A DNA stretch of 63,416 nt, filler included, from Reclinomonas americana ATCC 50394 (lineage: Eukaryota): assembly GCA_048213135.1 (NCBI GenBank). It is 9 parts of 9 records of this genome, joined end to end, with 100 filler letters (N's around TTAATTAATTAA, not from the genome) between each part and the next. Parts side by side here need not be neighbours in the genome. Positions count along the whole stretch, not along the records: positions 37,162 to 43,902 come from AFZH01016544.1; positions 44,003 to 46,221 come from PS016048.1; positions 46,322 to 59,707 come from AFZH01016547.1; 6 more parts are not named here. The stretch is one strand, 5' to 3'. Under the pieces are notes generated by a model. That model was not told the DNA's origin and made no database searches. It worked only from the letters and a program-made list of their open reading frames with translations. Below, one piece after another: positions 41,706 to 54,100 of this stretch (positions are counted from its first letter, which is position 1; the number at the start of each line of letters is the position of its first letter). The translations under genes and the position numbers were made by a program.

Positions 41706-44002
41706 GATTGGCGTGCTTTTTGAGGCTTTTTCACAATCTGTGTGTGCGTGTGTGCCATGATGTGGCAATCGGTTCGCTCACCCCAGTGCGCGCTGATGGC
41801 CACAGGCACAGATGCGTCAGCTGCAGTGCGCAGGAACTTCACCGATGCACCGCGACTGGACAGCATCACAGTCCGGGGTGGCACGGACCGGATGACGAAA
41901 TCCGACAAATGTGTCGCCAGAGGCTGCCCGGGTGTGCGGGGCTCCGATGTGCAAGCGACCGCTGCATCGCCAGCAACCTACGACAACGGGGTGGCCGCGG
42001 GAGGATGACGATTTCAACGTGCCTTACTTTCTCGCTCGCAACTTGCAACTGATCGCGCGCGAGCGGTCGGGTCAGCTTCCCGTCCATGGTTTTCGCGATC
42101 AGCATGCGCCAGTCAACAACACGCCAGGCCCACAAGCGTGCGAGTAGAACCGGAACGGTGCACATATGTAGCAGCGCAGGTCCGTCACTTGGAGTCGGGA
42201 GAGGCACAGGCACACAAATCCTTTGATTACTTGCTTCTACGGAACATAGCATTTGTGGCCGCACTCCTCTCCTTTTGCATGGCGGTTACTATACCGCATA
42301 CTGCAGAGTGCGGGGAGTGGTCCAAGTGAGCACAACGAAGCGAAAGCACACTATCTGTAGCCCCTTCTCTTCTTCCATCCAGAACCGCAGGTGCCAGTCG
42401 CACCTGCAATGATTTCTTCTTCTTCACTCCATGCAACGTTTCTTCTCCGCTTCTTCCTGCCTCATTCGTAATTCACAACGACTTCTTTCTCCAAACGCAG
42501 CATCGCCCTTTTCTCTGCTGCTCCTCCATCCCTCCCTCAGAGGCACTGACTGAGAGAGGATAAGCAAAATTGTACTACACCACGCCAGTAACCGTTGGTC
42601 ACCACAATCATTACGAGAAGCATCGCCTTGTGCGAAATAGCTACTGCCCTTTTGATGCGAACAAGCATGCAGCCACCAAAGCCCCCCATCGCCAGCCACA
42701 CAGAGAACTGGAATGATTTTTTGTTGCAGCAACTAGCATTGAAATCCATCGCCAGGAAACGAGACTATGTGCACGAACCCAGCCACGTTGCGCTGCGTGC
42801 ATGATGTCACATTCACTGTGCTCATGTACCACATCACAACTGGCCAGCACAACCATCGACATCAGACCATCCCCGTTTCTCGGAATCTGATTCTCGCCAA
42901 TGCCGGCGTGAGCGACACTGTCGGGCCTCGCTGCACTCGAGGGCCACTTCAACTCGCTGACGACCCTATCGCCGTGCGAGTGGGGCCGCGGGATACGGTG
43001 TGCTGAGCTGCACGCACGCCCGCGTGCACGCGCAAGTGAGTGGCTCACAACAGAAACGAGCGCGCGTTGGTCATTTGCAGCGGCATCTGCTGCGTCACGT
43101 GCGCATCACGAACGGCCGAGTACAAGTAGCGCACATGACGAACACGTCTCCGCAGCGCTCGTCTCGCATACAACAGAAGGAGGAGTGCCAGTGCCCCGCA
43201 GGCAGCCGCTGTGATGACAAAAGTCCACGAGGAGGTGGTCGAGGTGGGCACAGGAACGCTCAAGCGCACAGGCAGGAGGTGCGCGCGCAGCAGACCCGAG
43301 TGTCGCACATCGACGCTGCGAGCATGTGAGAGGGAGAATGAAGGGAGAGGAGGAGGAGAACGAGGAGACAGTGGGCGCACCGCAGCAGGCCTGCATCGTG
43401 AGACAGCGTGTCGTGGAAGTCACCAAAATGTGTTCCGCGAGGATGCACATCGCCTTTCTGTGGATTGCATGTGTGTGTGAGTGTGAAAAGAGAGGGGAGA
43501 GAGCAACGCGTTCTCTTCCTCTCACGAGAACAGCGAGAGAGAGAGAATGAAACGCAACAGTGCGAATGTCGGCGACTGAGTTTCCGGGGCGTCGTTTGTT
43601 GACGCTGTGCGTGTGACAAAGAAACGGTGTAAGTGAGTGAGAGAGAGAGAGAGAGAGCAATGGGAGGCAACGCGTACTTGGCACGCCGCCCCGCGACGAG
43701 CACGTCCACAAAGTCCATCGAATCGCAGCAACAGATGTCGGTTGGTGGTGGTGTGTCCCGTGTGCACTCTCGTTTCCTGACGGATCGTGTTTCTCAACTT
43801 GTTGTTGTAGATAGAGTGTACGTACAGTATTATTGCATGCGCAGCTGGTTGAGGCATGCACAGTGCGATAGGCGTCGAAGCACGTCGAATAGAAGTCGCG
43901 CTNNNNNNNNNNNNNNNNNNNNNNNNNNNNNNNNNNNNNNNNNNNNTTAATTAATTAANNNNNNNNNNNNNNNNNNNNNNNNNNNNNNNNNNNNNNNNNN
44001 NN

Positions 44003-44500
<498 letters not shown>

Positions 44501-44535
44501 CTCCCTCCCTTTCTCACTTCCTTCTCCGCCCGCAG

Positions 44536-47500
44536 GATCCCGCGTTCGAGGCGCTGGTGACGTCGCGAACCGCCGATGAATTGGTGGCATTGTATGCGTC
44601 GGGCACCGTTTCCGTGCAGCGAGTAATGTCGGCGTTCTGTCGACGTGCGCGGGCGGCGCATGCGAGGTTCAACTGTTTGACGGAGGCGTGCTTTGTTGCG
44701 TGCGGCGGGGAGGTTGGGGGAAGAGTGGAGAAATTCGCCTTAGATATCATCAGTTCGGTGCAGAGGACTCCGCGATGTCTGATTCGAAGACGGAAGAAGC
44801 GATGAGCAGACGTAGAAGGCATGCGTGCAGCTGTGGCCAGAGCAAGCGCATTCTCGTTGTTGAGTTTATGACGAACAGAAACAATGAGCGGAGATAGAAG
44901 GGATTCGCCTGGAAGACGAGCAGATTGGCGCACACAAAGGTAGTAACTCCGCGTTGTCAGAGTGGTTGACGAACATATACGATGGCGGCTGCCGAAGAGC
45001 AGATTGATGCATGCAAAAAGAGATGAACGAAGAGAGAAGACAGCACGTGCTCGATGTTAGAGTGTGAGACGAACAGAAGCGATGAATAGACGTAGACGAT
45101 ATAGGAGCATTCTTGGCGCGTGCTGAGAGATGAAGAAGGGAGTGGATAGCGCATTCTTGTTGTTGAGTGGAAAACTATGAGTGGATGAAGAAGAGATACG
45201 CCTGTTGGCTGAAGGAAGCTGAAGAAGGGAGGGGGGAGAATTAGCGCTTCGTCGTCGTCTGTGCGTTGAATCAGTGAGGTGAGCTGGATTAGAAGGGAAA
45301 CGTCGCAGCGGTGGTTGCAGATAGCAGGTCGGTGCGCTGGGCTCGAGAGGAAGGGCTTGACTAGAACAGAGAATTCCCTGTTTCTCATTCCTCTTCCCTT
45401 GTGCAGGAGGAGGCCATGGAGCGCGCCCGCCTGCTTGACATTCTGTTCAAGGAAACCGGGCAGCTCGTCGGTTTGTCTCTCAGTCTTCCCTCTCAAGCGT
45501 GCCGCATCTCACTCACTCCTGTGACAGGACCCATGCATGGCGTTCCCATCAGTGTCAAGGACAACGTGATGATGAAGGGATTCTATGCCACCGCAGGCTT
45601 GGCCTCGAACACGCACGCCCCTCGCAAAGAGGACGCGCTGGTGGTGAAGCTGTTGCGCGACGCTGGAGCTGTGCCGTTTGTGCGCACGAACTTGCCGCAG
45701 ACCATGCTGTCGTTCGAGTGCGAGAACCCGATGTATGGGGCAACGGTGAGCGCGTCTTGATGTCACTCCCCTTGTCGCTGCATCGCTCCTTGTTTCGCTT
45801 CGTCGCTCTTCGTGTCGCTTCGTCGCTCCTTGTGTCGCTCTGCCGCTCCTCGTGTCGCTGCGTCGCTCCTCTTTTCGCTGCATCGCTCCTCTTTTCGCTG
45901 CATTGCTCTTCGTGTCGCTGCATCGCTCCTTGTGTCGCTGCATCGCTCCTTGTGTCGCTGCATCGCTCCTTGTGTCGCTGCATCGCTCCTTGTGTCGCTG
46001 CATCGCTCCTTGTGTCGCTGCATCGCTCCTTGTGTCGCTGCATCGCTCCTTGTGTCGCTGCATCGCTCCTTGTGTCGCTGCATCGCTGCCTGTGTCGCTG
46101 CATCGCTCCTGTGTCGCTGCATCGCTCATTGTGTCGCTGCGTCGCTCCTCTTTTCGCTGCATCGCTCCTCTTTTCGCTGCGTCGCTCCTCGTGTCGCTGT
46201 GTCGCTTCTTGTTTCGCTGTANNNNNNNNNNNNNNNNNNNNNNNNNNNNNNNNNNNNNNNNNNNNTTAATTAATTAANNNNNNNNNNNNNNNNNNNNNNN
46301 NNNNNNNNNNNNNNNNNNNNNCCTTGTTTTGCTGCGTCGCTCCTTGTGTCGCTACGTCGCTCCTTGTGTCGCTCTGCGTCGCTCCTCTTTTCGCTGCATC
46401 GCTCCTCTTTTCGCTGCGTCGCTCCTCGTGTCGCTGTGTCGCTTCTTGTGTCGCTGCGTCGCTCCTCGTGTCGCTGTGTCGCTCCTCGTGTCGCTGTGTC
46501 GCTCCTCGTGTCGCTGTGTCGCTCCTCGTGTCGCTGTGTCGCTCCTCGTGTCACTGCGCCATTCATTGGCGTCGCTCCTCTTCTCCAGCGTCGCTCCTCT
46601 TCTTCAGTGCCGCTCCTTGTGTCGCTGCGTTGCTCCTCATGTCGCCGCGTCGCTCCCTGTGTCGCGGTGTCGCTCCTCGTGTTACGCTTTGTTCTTTTCA
46701 TTCTCATTGTCGCCTTCTGTCATCATAGTTGAATCCATATAACCTGCAACGAGTGCCCGGCGGCAGCAGTGGCGGTGAGGGATGCATTCTGGGAGCTCGA
46801 GGTTTGTGGCACCCTTCGATCCTGCATCTGCGCAGAGCGTGACCTTCTCCGCAGCATCCATCCTCGGCATCGGCTCAGATATTGCTGGCTCCGTACGCAA
46901 TCCGGCGCATTCGTGCGGCGTCTACGGTGTGCGCGCATCTTCTCCACAGCATCTACGCTGAAGTAAGCCTCATCTCTCTTTTGCACAGGGTTGAAGCCAA
47001 CCGCCAAGCGGTGTGGTGTGCGTGGCTGTGTAAGCAGCCTGCCAGGACAGCCGGGAGTCGCTGCGACATATGGTGATATGACTGCGGTTGATAGATGTCT
47101 GGTGTGTCGCATATTCTCACTCCTTCACATCGCAGGTCCCATGGGCACGAGTGTTTCGTCGCTGGCCACGTTCATGCGCGCGGTTCTGATGGACGAGAAC
47201 TTTTTGCACGACCACACGGTGCCGATGCCATTCGACGACGATATCTTCACGGGCGCCACTGTTGCGTTCTTCCTTTCGTCTCATCGTGCCAGTCACACAC
47301 TCTCACTCTCTTTCGCGAAGGGCGATCGTCAACTCCGCATCGGCTATTACGTGGACGATGGCTACTTTGCCTCGTCGCCGGCTTGTGGTCGTGCAGTCAA
47401 GGAGGCGGTTGCGGCGTTGCAAAGCGCTGGTCATCATGTGCGTAACCAATCAATCAATCAACTGATTCAAGTCTCCTCCGTTACTCTTTCATCCCTCCAG

Positions 47501-49770
47501 AGACTTCTGGTTGATTTCCCTCCTCTTTTGTCTTTCTTACCTCACTCTCGTCTTGCCTTTTTCATACGATCCCCTATCTTCCTCCTCTTGCTCTCTTCCT
47601 TCTTCATGCTTCAAATGATCTCCTCTTCGCTCGTCTCGTGTTCTCTTCTTTCCACTTTTGCCGGTCACCTGATATGTCGTCCTGTTCTTGTCTCCTTGCT
47701 CTCCCCTTCTCCGCTGTTTCACGTCCCTGATCTTGTTCTATTGATCGTCTTCCAAATACCGGATGCTTCAACCTATTCGCCCTTCTGCTCATTCTTATCC
47801 CATTCCACCTCTGGCGCCTTCTTCTCTTGTGCTCATGTGCATTGCTGTCCTCCTCGTCTCTCCTCGTCTCGAGCTCTCTCCTCCCTTGCTCATGCCCAAA
47901 GATGCTGACCTCATGTGCGTCATCCACTTCGCCCTTGTGCTCGCCTCCTGACCTCGTGTGCGTCGCTTTTCGCACGCTCGTCTTGATCCTTCTAGCTCTC
48001 AACATTCTTGCTTGTTCTTCTCTGTCAGCTCGACCTCCTGTGTATTGCTGTCCTCCTCGTCTCTCCCCGTCTCGAGCTCTCTCCTCCCTTGCTCATGCCC
48101 AAAGATGCTGACCTCATGTGCGTCATCCACTTCGCCCTTGTGCTCGCCTCCTGACCTCGTGTGCGTCGCTTTTCGCACGCTCGTCTTGATCCTTCTAGCT
48201 CTCAACATTCTTGCTTGTTCTTCTCTATCAGCTCGACCTCTTGTGTGTTTCTGTCCTCGTCCCCTCCTCGTCTCGATATCTCTTTTGCTTGCTCATGTCC
48301 ACAGATGTTTGACCTCATATGCGTCAGTCTGTATCCTCCGGCTCTGACGCCTCCTTCTCCCTTCCTGTCCTCGTGTGCTTCGCTCTTGTCTTGTTCCTTT
48401 TCAAGCTATCGCTATTCTTGCTCATTCTTCGCCTTCTGCTTGATTTTGTGTGCGCCACCTTATTGCCTGCCCGTCGGTATCCTTTTCTCTCTGTTGCTCT
48501 CATTTATCTTGCTCATTCCTCCCATGGTGCTTGACCTTGCGTGTGTTTGCCCTTCGTCATCCCATTCCACCTCTCACTTTCGTCTTTCTTGCTCATTCTG
48601 CTTGATATAGTGCATCGCCTTTGATCCTTCGCCATTTCCTTGTCTCCCATTGCTGTCCTTTCTATGTGTCAGACGCTGCTCCTCGTGTGCGCCCTTGGTC
48701 GTCATTTGCGTCTAATCGCCTGTTTGTTGCTTGTCCTCGTGTTGTTTTCTTCCTCGTGCTCCCTGTTTTCCTTCCTCCTCCCTTTCTTCCGTCCTCCAGA
48801 GGGGAGAAGGGGGAAGGATGGAGAGAGCGACTTGAGGAAGGTGACATCATAGGCGTGTCTTCAGTCGCCTTTCTCTCAGTCTCCTTTCTCTCACTCTGTC
48901 CCTCTAAACCTCCTTTCTTCTCCTCGCTTTTCCTCACACACTTGCCTCATTTCTTCACCGAATCACTCACTTGACCATCTCCTTCTCTCATTCACCCCCT
49001 TCCCCCAACTCCCCCTCCACAGGTCGTACCCTTCGAACCCCACAAAGTCGCCGAGTGCGTGCTCGGCTACTGGGCCATTCTCTCCTCCGACGGCCTCGAC
49101 ACCGCCCGCCGCTTCTTCGACCTCGACTTGATGGAACAGAGCCTGGTTCGCACTCCATCCCCTTTTTCCTCTCCACCCTTCCCACCCCTTTACTCACATG
49201 TCCCATCAGGACGTGCTCTTCCGCGTGGCCAACATGCCGCGCTGGATGGCCGCACTGGCCTCACGCCTGCTCCGCCTGCGCGGCTGGAAGCGCACCGCCG
49301 ACCTGCTCGCCGTCACCGGTCGCAAGTCGGTCGAGGAGTACTACAAGCTGCAGCTGCAGCGGCGCACGCTCACCCTGGAGTGGCTGGATTGCATGAAGGC
49401 GGCGCACGTGGACGCCATTGTGTGCCCGGTGCACGTGCTGCCGCCGCTGCGGCGGCAAGTGAGCGGGCGCATCTTGCCGGCATTCTCGTACACATTCCTC
49501 TTCAACTATCTCGATTTGCCGGCCGGTGTGGTGCCGGTGACGTGCGTGCAGACGCAGGATCTGGTGGTGCCTCCCTCCTTGTCGTACGCCAGCAGCCGCG
49601 ATCCGGTCGATCAGTTGGTGGTGCGGGAGATGGAGCATCCGTCGTCGGTGGGCATGCCGGTGGCGGTGCAGGTGGTGGCGCGGCCGTTTTGTGAGGAGTT
49701 GTGTTTGAGGGTGATGAGGGAGGTGGAGAGGGGGGTGGGGTATCGGGCGCCGGAGGTGAAGTGGGGGTGA
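44536..49770 (+). CDS. Amidase-signature enzyme (FAAH/acetamidase-like); 5' exons lost in gap
   Basis: FNCLTE, GPMHGVPISVKD (catalytic Lys), GAVPFVRTNLPQ, PGGSSGGEG, GIGSDIAGSVRNPAHSCG, YTFLFNYLDLPAGVVP and GMPVAVQVVA. Confidence 0.9.
45770..46690 (+). repeat. Intronic minisatellite, about 20-nt unit TGTGTCGCTGCATCGCTCCT, spanning a gap
   Basis: Perfect 20-nt periodicity at about 45911-46080 with degenerate flanks. Confidence 0.9.
47841..48320 (+). repeat. Intronic 203-nt tandem duplication (about 2.3 copies)
   Basis: GATGCTGACCTCATGTGCG... occurs at 47901 and 48104 with near identity. Confidence 0.85.
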
Positions 49771-50131
49771 GGGGGGATAGGAAAAGGGGGAAGGGGGAGA
49801 AGGGGGAAGGAGGGAGAAGGGGAAGGGGGAGAAGGGATAGTGTATGAAGACGGGAGTTTTGACGAACAACTTGGAATTGATTCCCTGCGTGCCTGGGAGC
49901 TCGCGAAGAGAGTATACAGAATGTGTGGCAATCTGCTTCCGTACACATGCGTGAGGTAAGGGTAGGGATAGGAGAGTAAGATACCTTGGTCAGTCGATTG
50001 GACGAGCGACCCGAGTGTGAGGAGTGATAAAAGTTGCGTCGATTCCGGAAAGCAAAGGTCGATGGTGTGTGCACCGTCGTGTGTGGTTTCTTGCCGCAAC
50101 TGTTCGCTGACGTCAGTTACACTATGCACAG

Positions 50132-50437
50132 TTCGCCGTGCCCCTGGACGCGACTATGGTGCATGATTCTCTGTCAGCCGCTGTGGTTGTTCGTGATATC
50201 GATCGTGCGAGCCGCTTGTCCGCCAAGAACCATCCCATGCCATCGCATGCACACTTGCTGCGTGAGGAGCGTGAAGATGAGGGCTTGGCGACTGGTGATG
50301 TGGAGTATGTCGTCCACAATGTGTTGCTGCGTGAAGCAGGCCTAGGCAGGTCTATGTTGTCAACCGCGACAGTCACTGGCGCTGCTGGTTTCTGGTGCGT
50401 CACCCTCGTGCATTTTTGTATTTATTGGCGGGGGGAA

Positions 50438-50470
<33 letters not shown>

Positions 50471-51110
50471 GTGTGCGCGTGTGTGTGCGTGTGTGTGTGT
50501 GTGCGTGTGAGCGAGAGATAGAGTGAGACAGATAGTCAGAGAGACCAAGCTCGACTCTTCCGTGCGCGTTTGCTTGCTTGCGTCGTTGCGTTGCCTAACA
50601 GACTTGCTGCAGCCAATCGCGGCATCGTCGTGGTGGCTGTTGCCTTGCTCTGCGAGGTGGTGGTTGTGGTTCATCGCGTTCGGTCGCCGTTGCAATTGAA
50701 AACAACCATCAACGTCCACTGGATGCACCAGAAGCTCGAGCTCCTGGCTTTGACGGCGTGTTCCCGACGCAACCAATCGTCGATGCAATCCTTCAACAGA
50801 AGATTCATGCCCTCCATGAGGCCAACACCATCTTGCCGCTGGCCAATTTTCCAAGCTTGACCAACCTCAGCAGCTCGGAGTGCCTCGTTTCGTATACAGA
50901 TGAGCCTTGAAAATGTGCGTTCTCTCTCTCAAACGCATCGCCACACACAGGTTCCCCTGTGGGCCAATAAGACAGCCGCTGAGGCTGACTCGGCTAGCGA
51001 TCTTGAAAGAGCGCAGCTGGCGGACGATGTACTGGACAAGTTTGTTAGTACGTGAGTCTTCCTACCGACAACGGTTACGGTCGGTTTTTGGTTAGTAACG
51101 GTACCGGAAC

Positions 51111-51155
<45 letters not shown>

Positions 51156-54100
51156 TGTGTATGTGTGCGTCCGTGCGTGCGCGTGTGTATTTGAGTCCCC
51201 TCTGACTCGGCTGTCATGATCACACCGGCACGCGTACGCAGCATACACCGCAGGTCTTCTTTCGTATCTCTCTCTCTCTCTCCCCCTTCTACTCATTGCG
51301 CATTCCCTTTCCGCAAGCGCCTCACTTTTGCATGCCATTGCTGTCGACCGTCAACCTTAAGCGTCCGTACTCGCTCCGTCTCTTCGGATTTCTGTCTGAC
51401 CCCTCGGAGCAATTTCCCGCGCCTGGCACATGCGGTCGTTTCTCACTCTTCCTTACCTTCTTTCAATCTCCCACCACTCCCTCCTTCTCCGCCTCTCTCT
51501 ACCTCTATCACATTCTCTCTCACGGAGTTCGTCATCCATTAGGTGCTGGTGGTGGCTGGGTGGTCTGGCGGCGGCAAGTCTGTTCTCCTGCGCCAGCTCA
51601 CCTCCAACCTGCGTCTCCGTGACGACACATTGGTATTGTCGTCTCGGCTGTCCTGCATCCCGCTTAAGGTGCTGCTGAAGTCAAATGCCCTCTTGCCGCA
51701 TCTCCTCGCTGAGGCCAACAGGGCAGTGGGTGACAGGAGGATGCAACTGACGGACGATGAGGTGAGCGTTTCCTTTTTTCCTGCATATATTCCCTCTCTG
51801 TATTGTCGTACACATTCAATCGAGATCTCGATCTCATGGTTCCCTTTCGGTTTCTTCCCACCTGTGTCTGACTGTACCTGTACAGCTCTGCAACATCGGC
51901 ACAGTTGTGCTAGTTCTCGATGGATACGACGAGTGCGGTGAATCGCCCGGCAGCTTGTACGTCAAGCACGAATTGAACGTTGCGCGACCCTCCCAGTGCA
52001 GCTCGATACTCTCTCCCAACTTCCCTCACTCATCTTTCTTCAGCGTTGGCCAAACATTCTTCTGGTGGTATCGGTTCGACGTGAGTTCATCAGCCGCCAT
52101 GGCAACTATTGGGCCGAGAACCATTTTATGCCAGTAGACCCGAGGTTGTCTGCTGTGGGATGGCCAAATCCTCCACCAACGTGCACACTGGTGCGATGCA
52201 TGCTTCGCTCGTTTTCCAAGGACGACGTTGATCAATTCTTGCAAAAGTTATGTTCTTTCTGTGGTCTCCAGCTGCTGTCGATTGGAACAAACTGTGTACG
52301 GGTAGATTTGTTGAGTCGCGTGTGCACCATTCTCGCTCGTGGCAAGTTTACAAGCGTCAAATTGAACGCACTCCTGGTTTAGGAGGACTTGCATCGTCGG
52401 TGAGTTTTTGCATATGGTACAAAAGTGGCGAGAGGAGTAACTGTAGAAGTTTGTGAGTGTCCTTGCACGAGCGTTGAGGTGGAAGGAATCTTGTTGCGCA
52501 ATCGATATCTGCCGGTTTCGTCTTCATTCTTATCTCGTATTCATTTTCGTCAGCCCCTGATGCTGAACATGATGGTGCTGGCGATGGAGGATTTGGGGAC
52601 CGTGGAGCACCGCAGCGTGTCCGGTGGTAGTGGTGGTGGTGGTGGTGGCGACGCAACACCAATCACACGAGTGACGCGTGCGCGGTTGTACGAGGCGTTT
52701 GTGAACCACATCCTGCGCTGGGAATTCGAGCATAATCGTCCACATATTCGGCAGGTGTGTGTTTTGCCGTCGCTGCATGTGCATTCTGAATCTAAACTCT
52801 TACATACAGCTGTACGACGACGGTGAATCGATGTCGGAGAAGGAGTTCTGCTTACGAATGTCGGAACAATGTTCGCAACTTGCCGGGGAGATGATTCAGC
52901 ACTCTTTGGTATCTGTGCGCCAGGGCAACCTCACGGTATGCATGTTTGTGTGTGCATGTGTGTGTTGCGTGTGTAGAGAGAGAGAGAGTGTGAGAGAGAA
53001 GGAGGAGAGGGAGGATGAGAAAGTGCACGCACTGCCCGCGCTCGGGGTACTGCTCAAAATTGTCTTATGATCCCTAACCAATAGCTGCTCCTTTTTGCAC
53101 TCGTTGTGTATGTGTTTTGTTTGTGGCTGTGCGCATTCTTGTTATCGAACGAATTGCGTGTGCTGTTAAGAATCGATAACAGGATGTTCAGCCGTTCTCT
53201 TCTGTTCTGAGAGTAGCTTTGATGTGCTCCAAGTCGACCTACGTAATTGAGTTCTCATGCTCTCTTTCTTGGGTGCTCATGAGGTGGCGCAACTTCACTC
53301 TCTCTCTCTCTCACACACACAACTCCTCTCTCGTGCTTTACACACGCTCTCATCCGCCCACTGAATGTGCCAAGCTTTTGTACAAATACTACCTGACTGC
53401 GAGCATGCAAGCAGAGAGCTGCATCGGAGCAACGCGTATGGAACGAATGGTTCAATCGTGATGACTCGCTGCGGAAACTGTTTATGCACACTGTTTCGAC
53501 GTCGTCCAAGAAGACTTTGAGTCCGCGTCTTTGTTGTGTCTCATGTGCGAATGTCGCAGGCGTTGCTAAAGTGGAGTCTACTGGGAGTATCACAACAGTG
53601 TGTGGAATTCATGCACAAGTCTCTGCTGGAGTATTTCGCCGCTCAGTCATGGTTGGCGGATGTGCGACTGCTGGCCAACGAGGAGCTGGAGTTGAACGTG
53701 AGCAACTACAACTGTCACTCTCTGTTGCATCATCTTCTTGAATGTCGACTGTTATTTTACAGGATCGAGTTGACAGACTGTTCTCTAGCTTCAGTTATCG
53801 GCGAGCGCTGCTCACATCAGACGAAGTGAGTGCGCCCAGCACCACCGCGATGAGCTTATGCTATCAACCGACTCTCTCTCCCTTCTTCCCCCTCTCTTTC
53901 CCTCCATCTCCCATGTCTGCCCCGTGTCCTGCGCCTTCTTCTGCTGCCAATCACAGACCAACTCGATTCTGGCGTTCATCGCCGAGCAAGTACGCGCTGA
54001 CCCAGCACTGCAGGACGTGCTGTGGAAAGCTGTGGCGCTCTCACGCTTGGAGGAGAGGGTTGCCACGGTTGCATCGAGTGCCGCGAGTGCTCTATGTCTA

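Noticed and set aside
45499..46742. Cys/Arg-rich repetitive ORFs on both strands
   Set aside because: These are translations of the intronic 20-nt minisatellite in the amidase gene.
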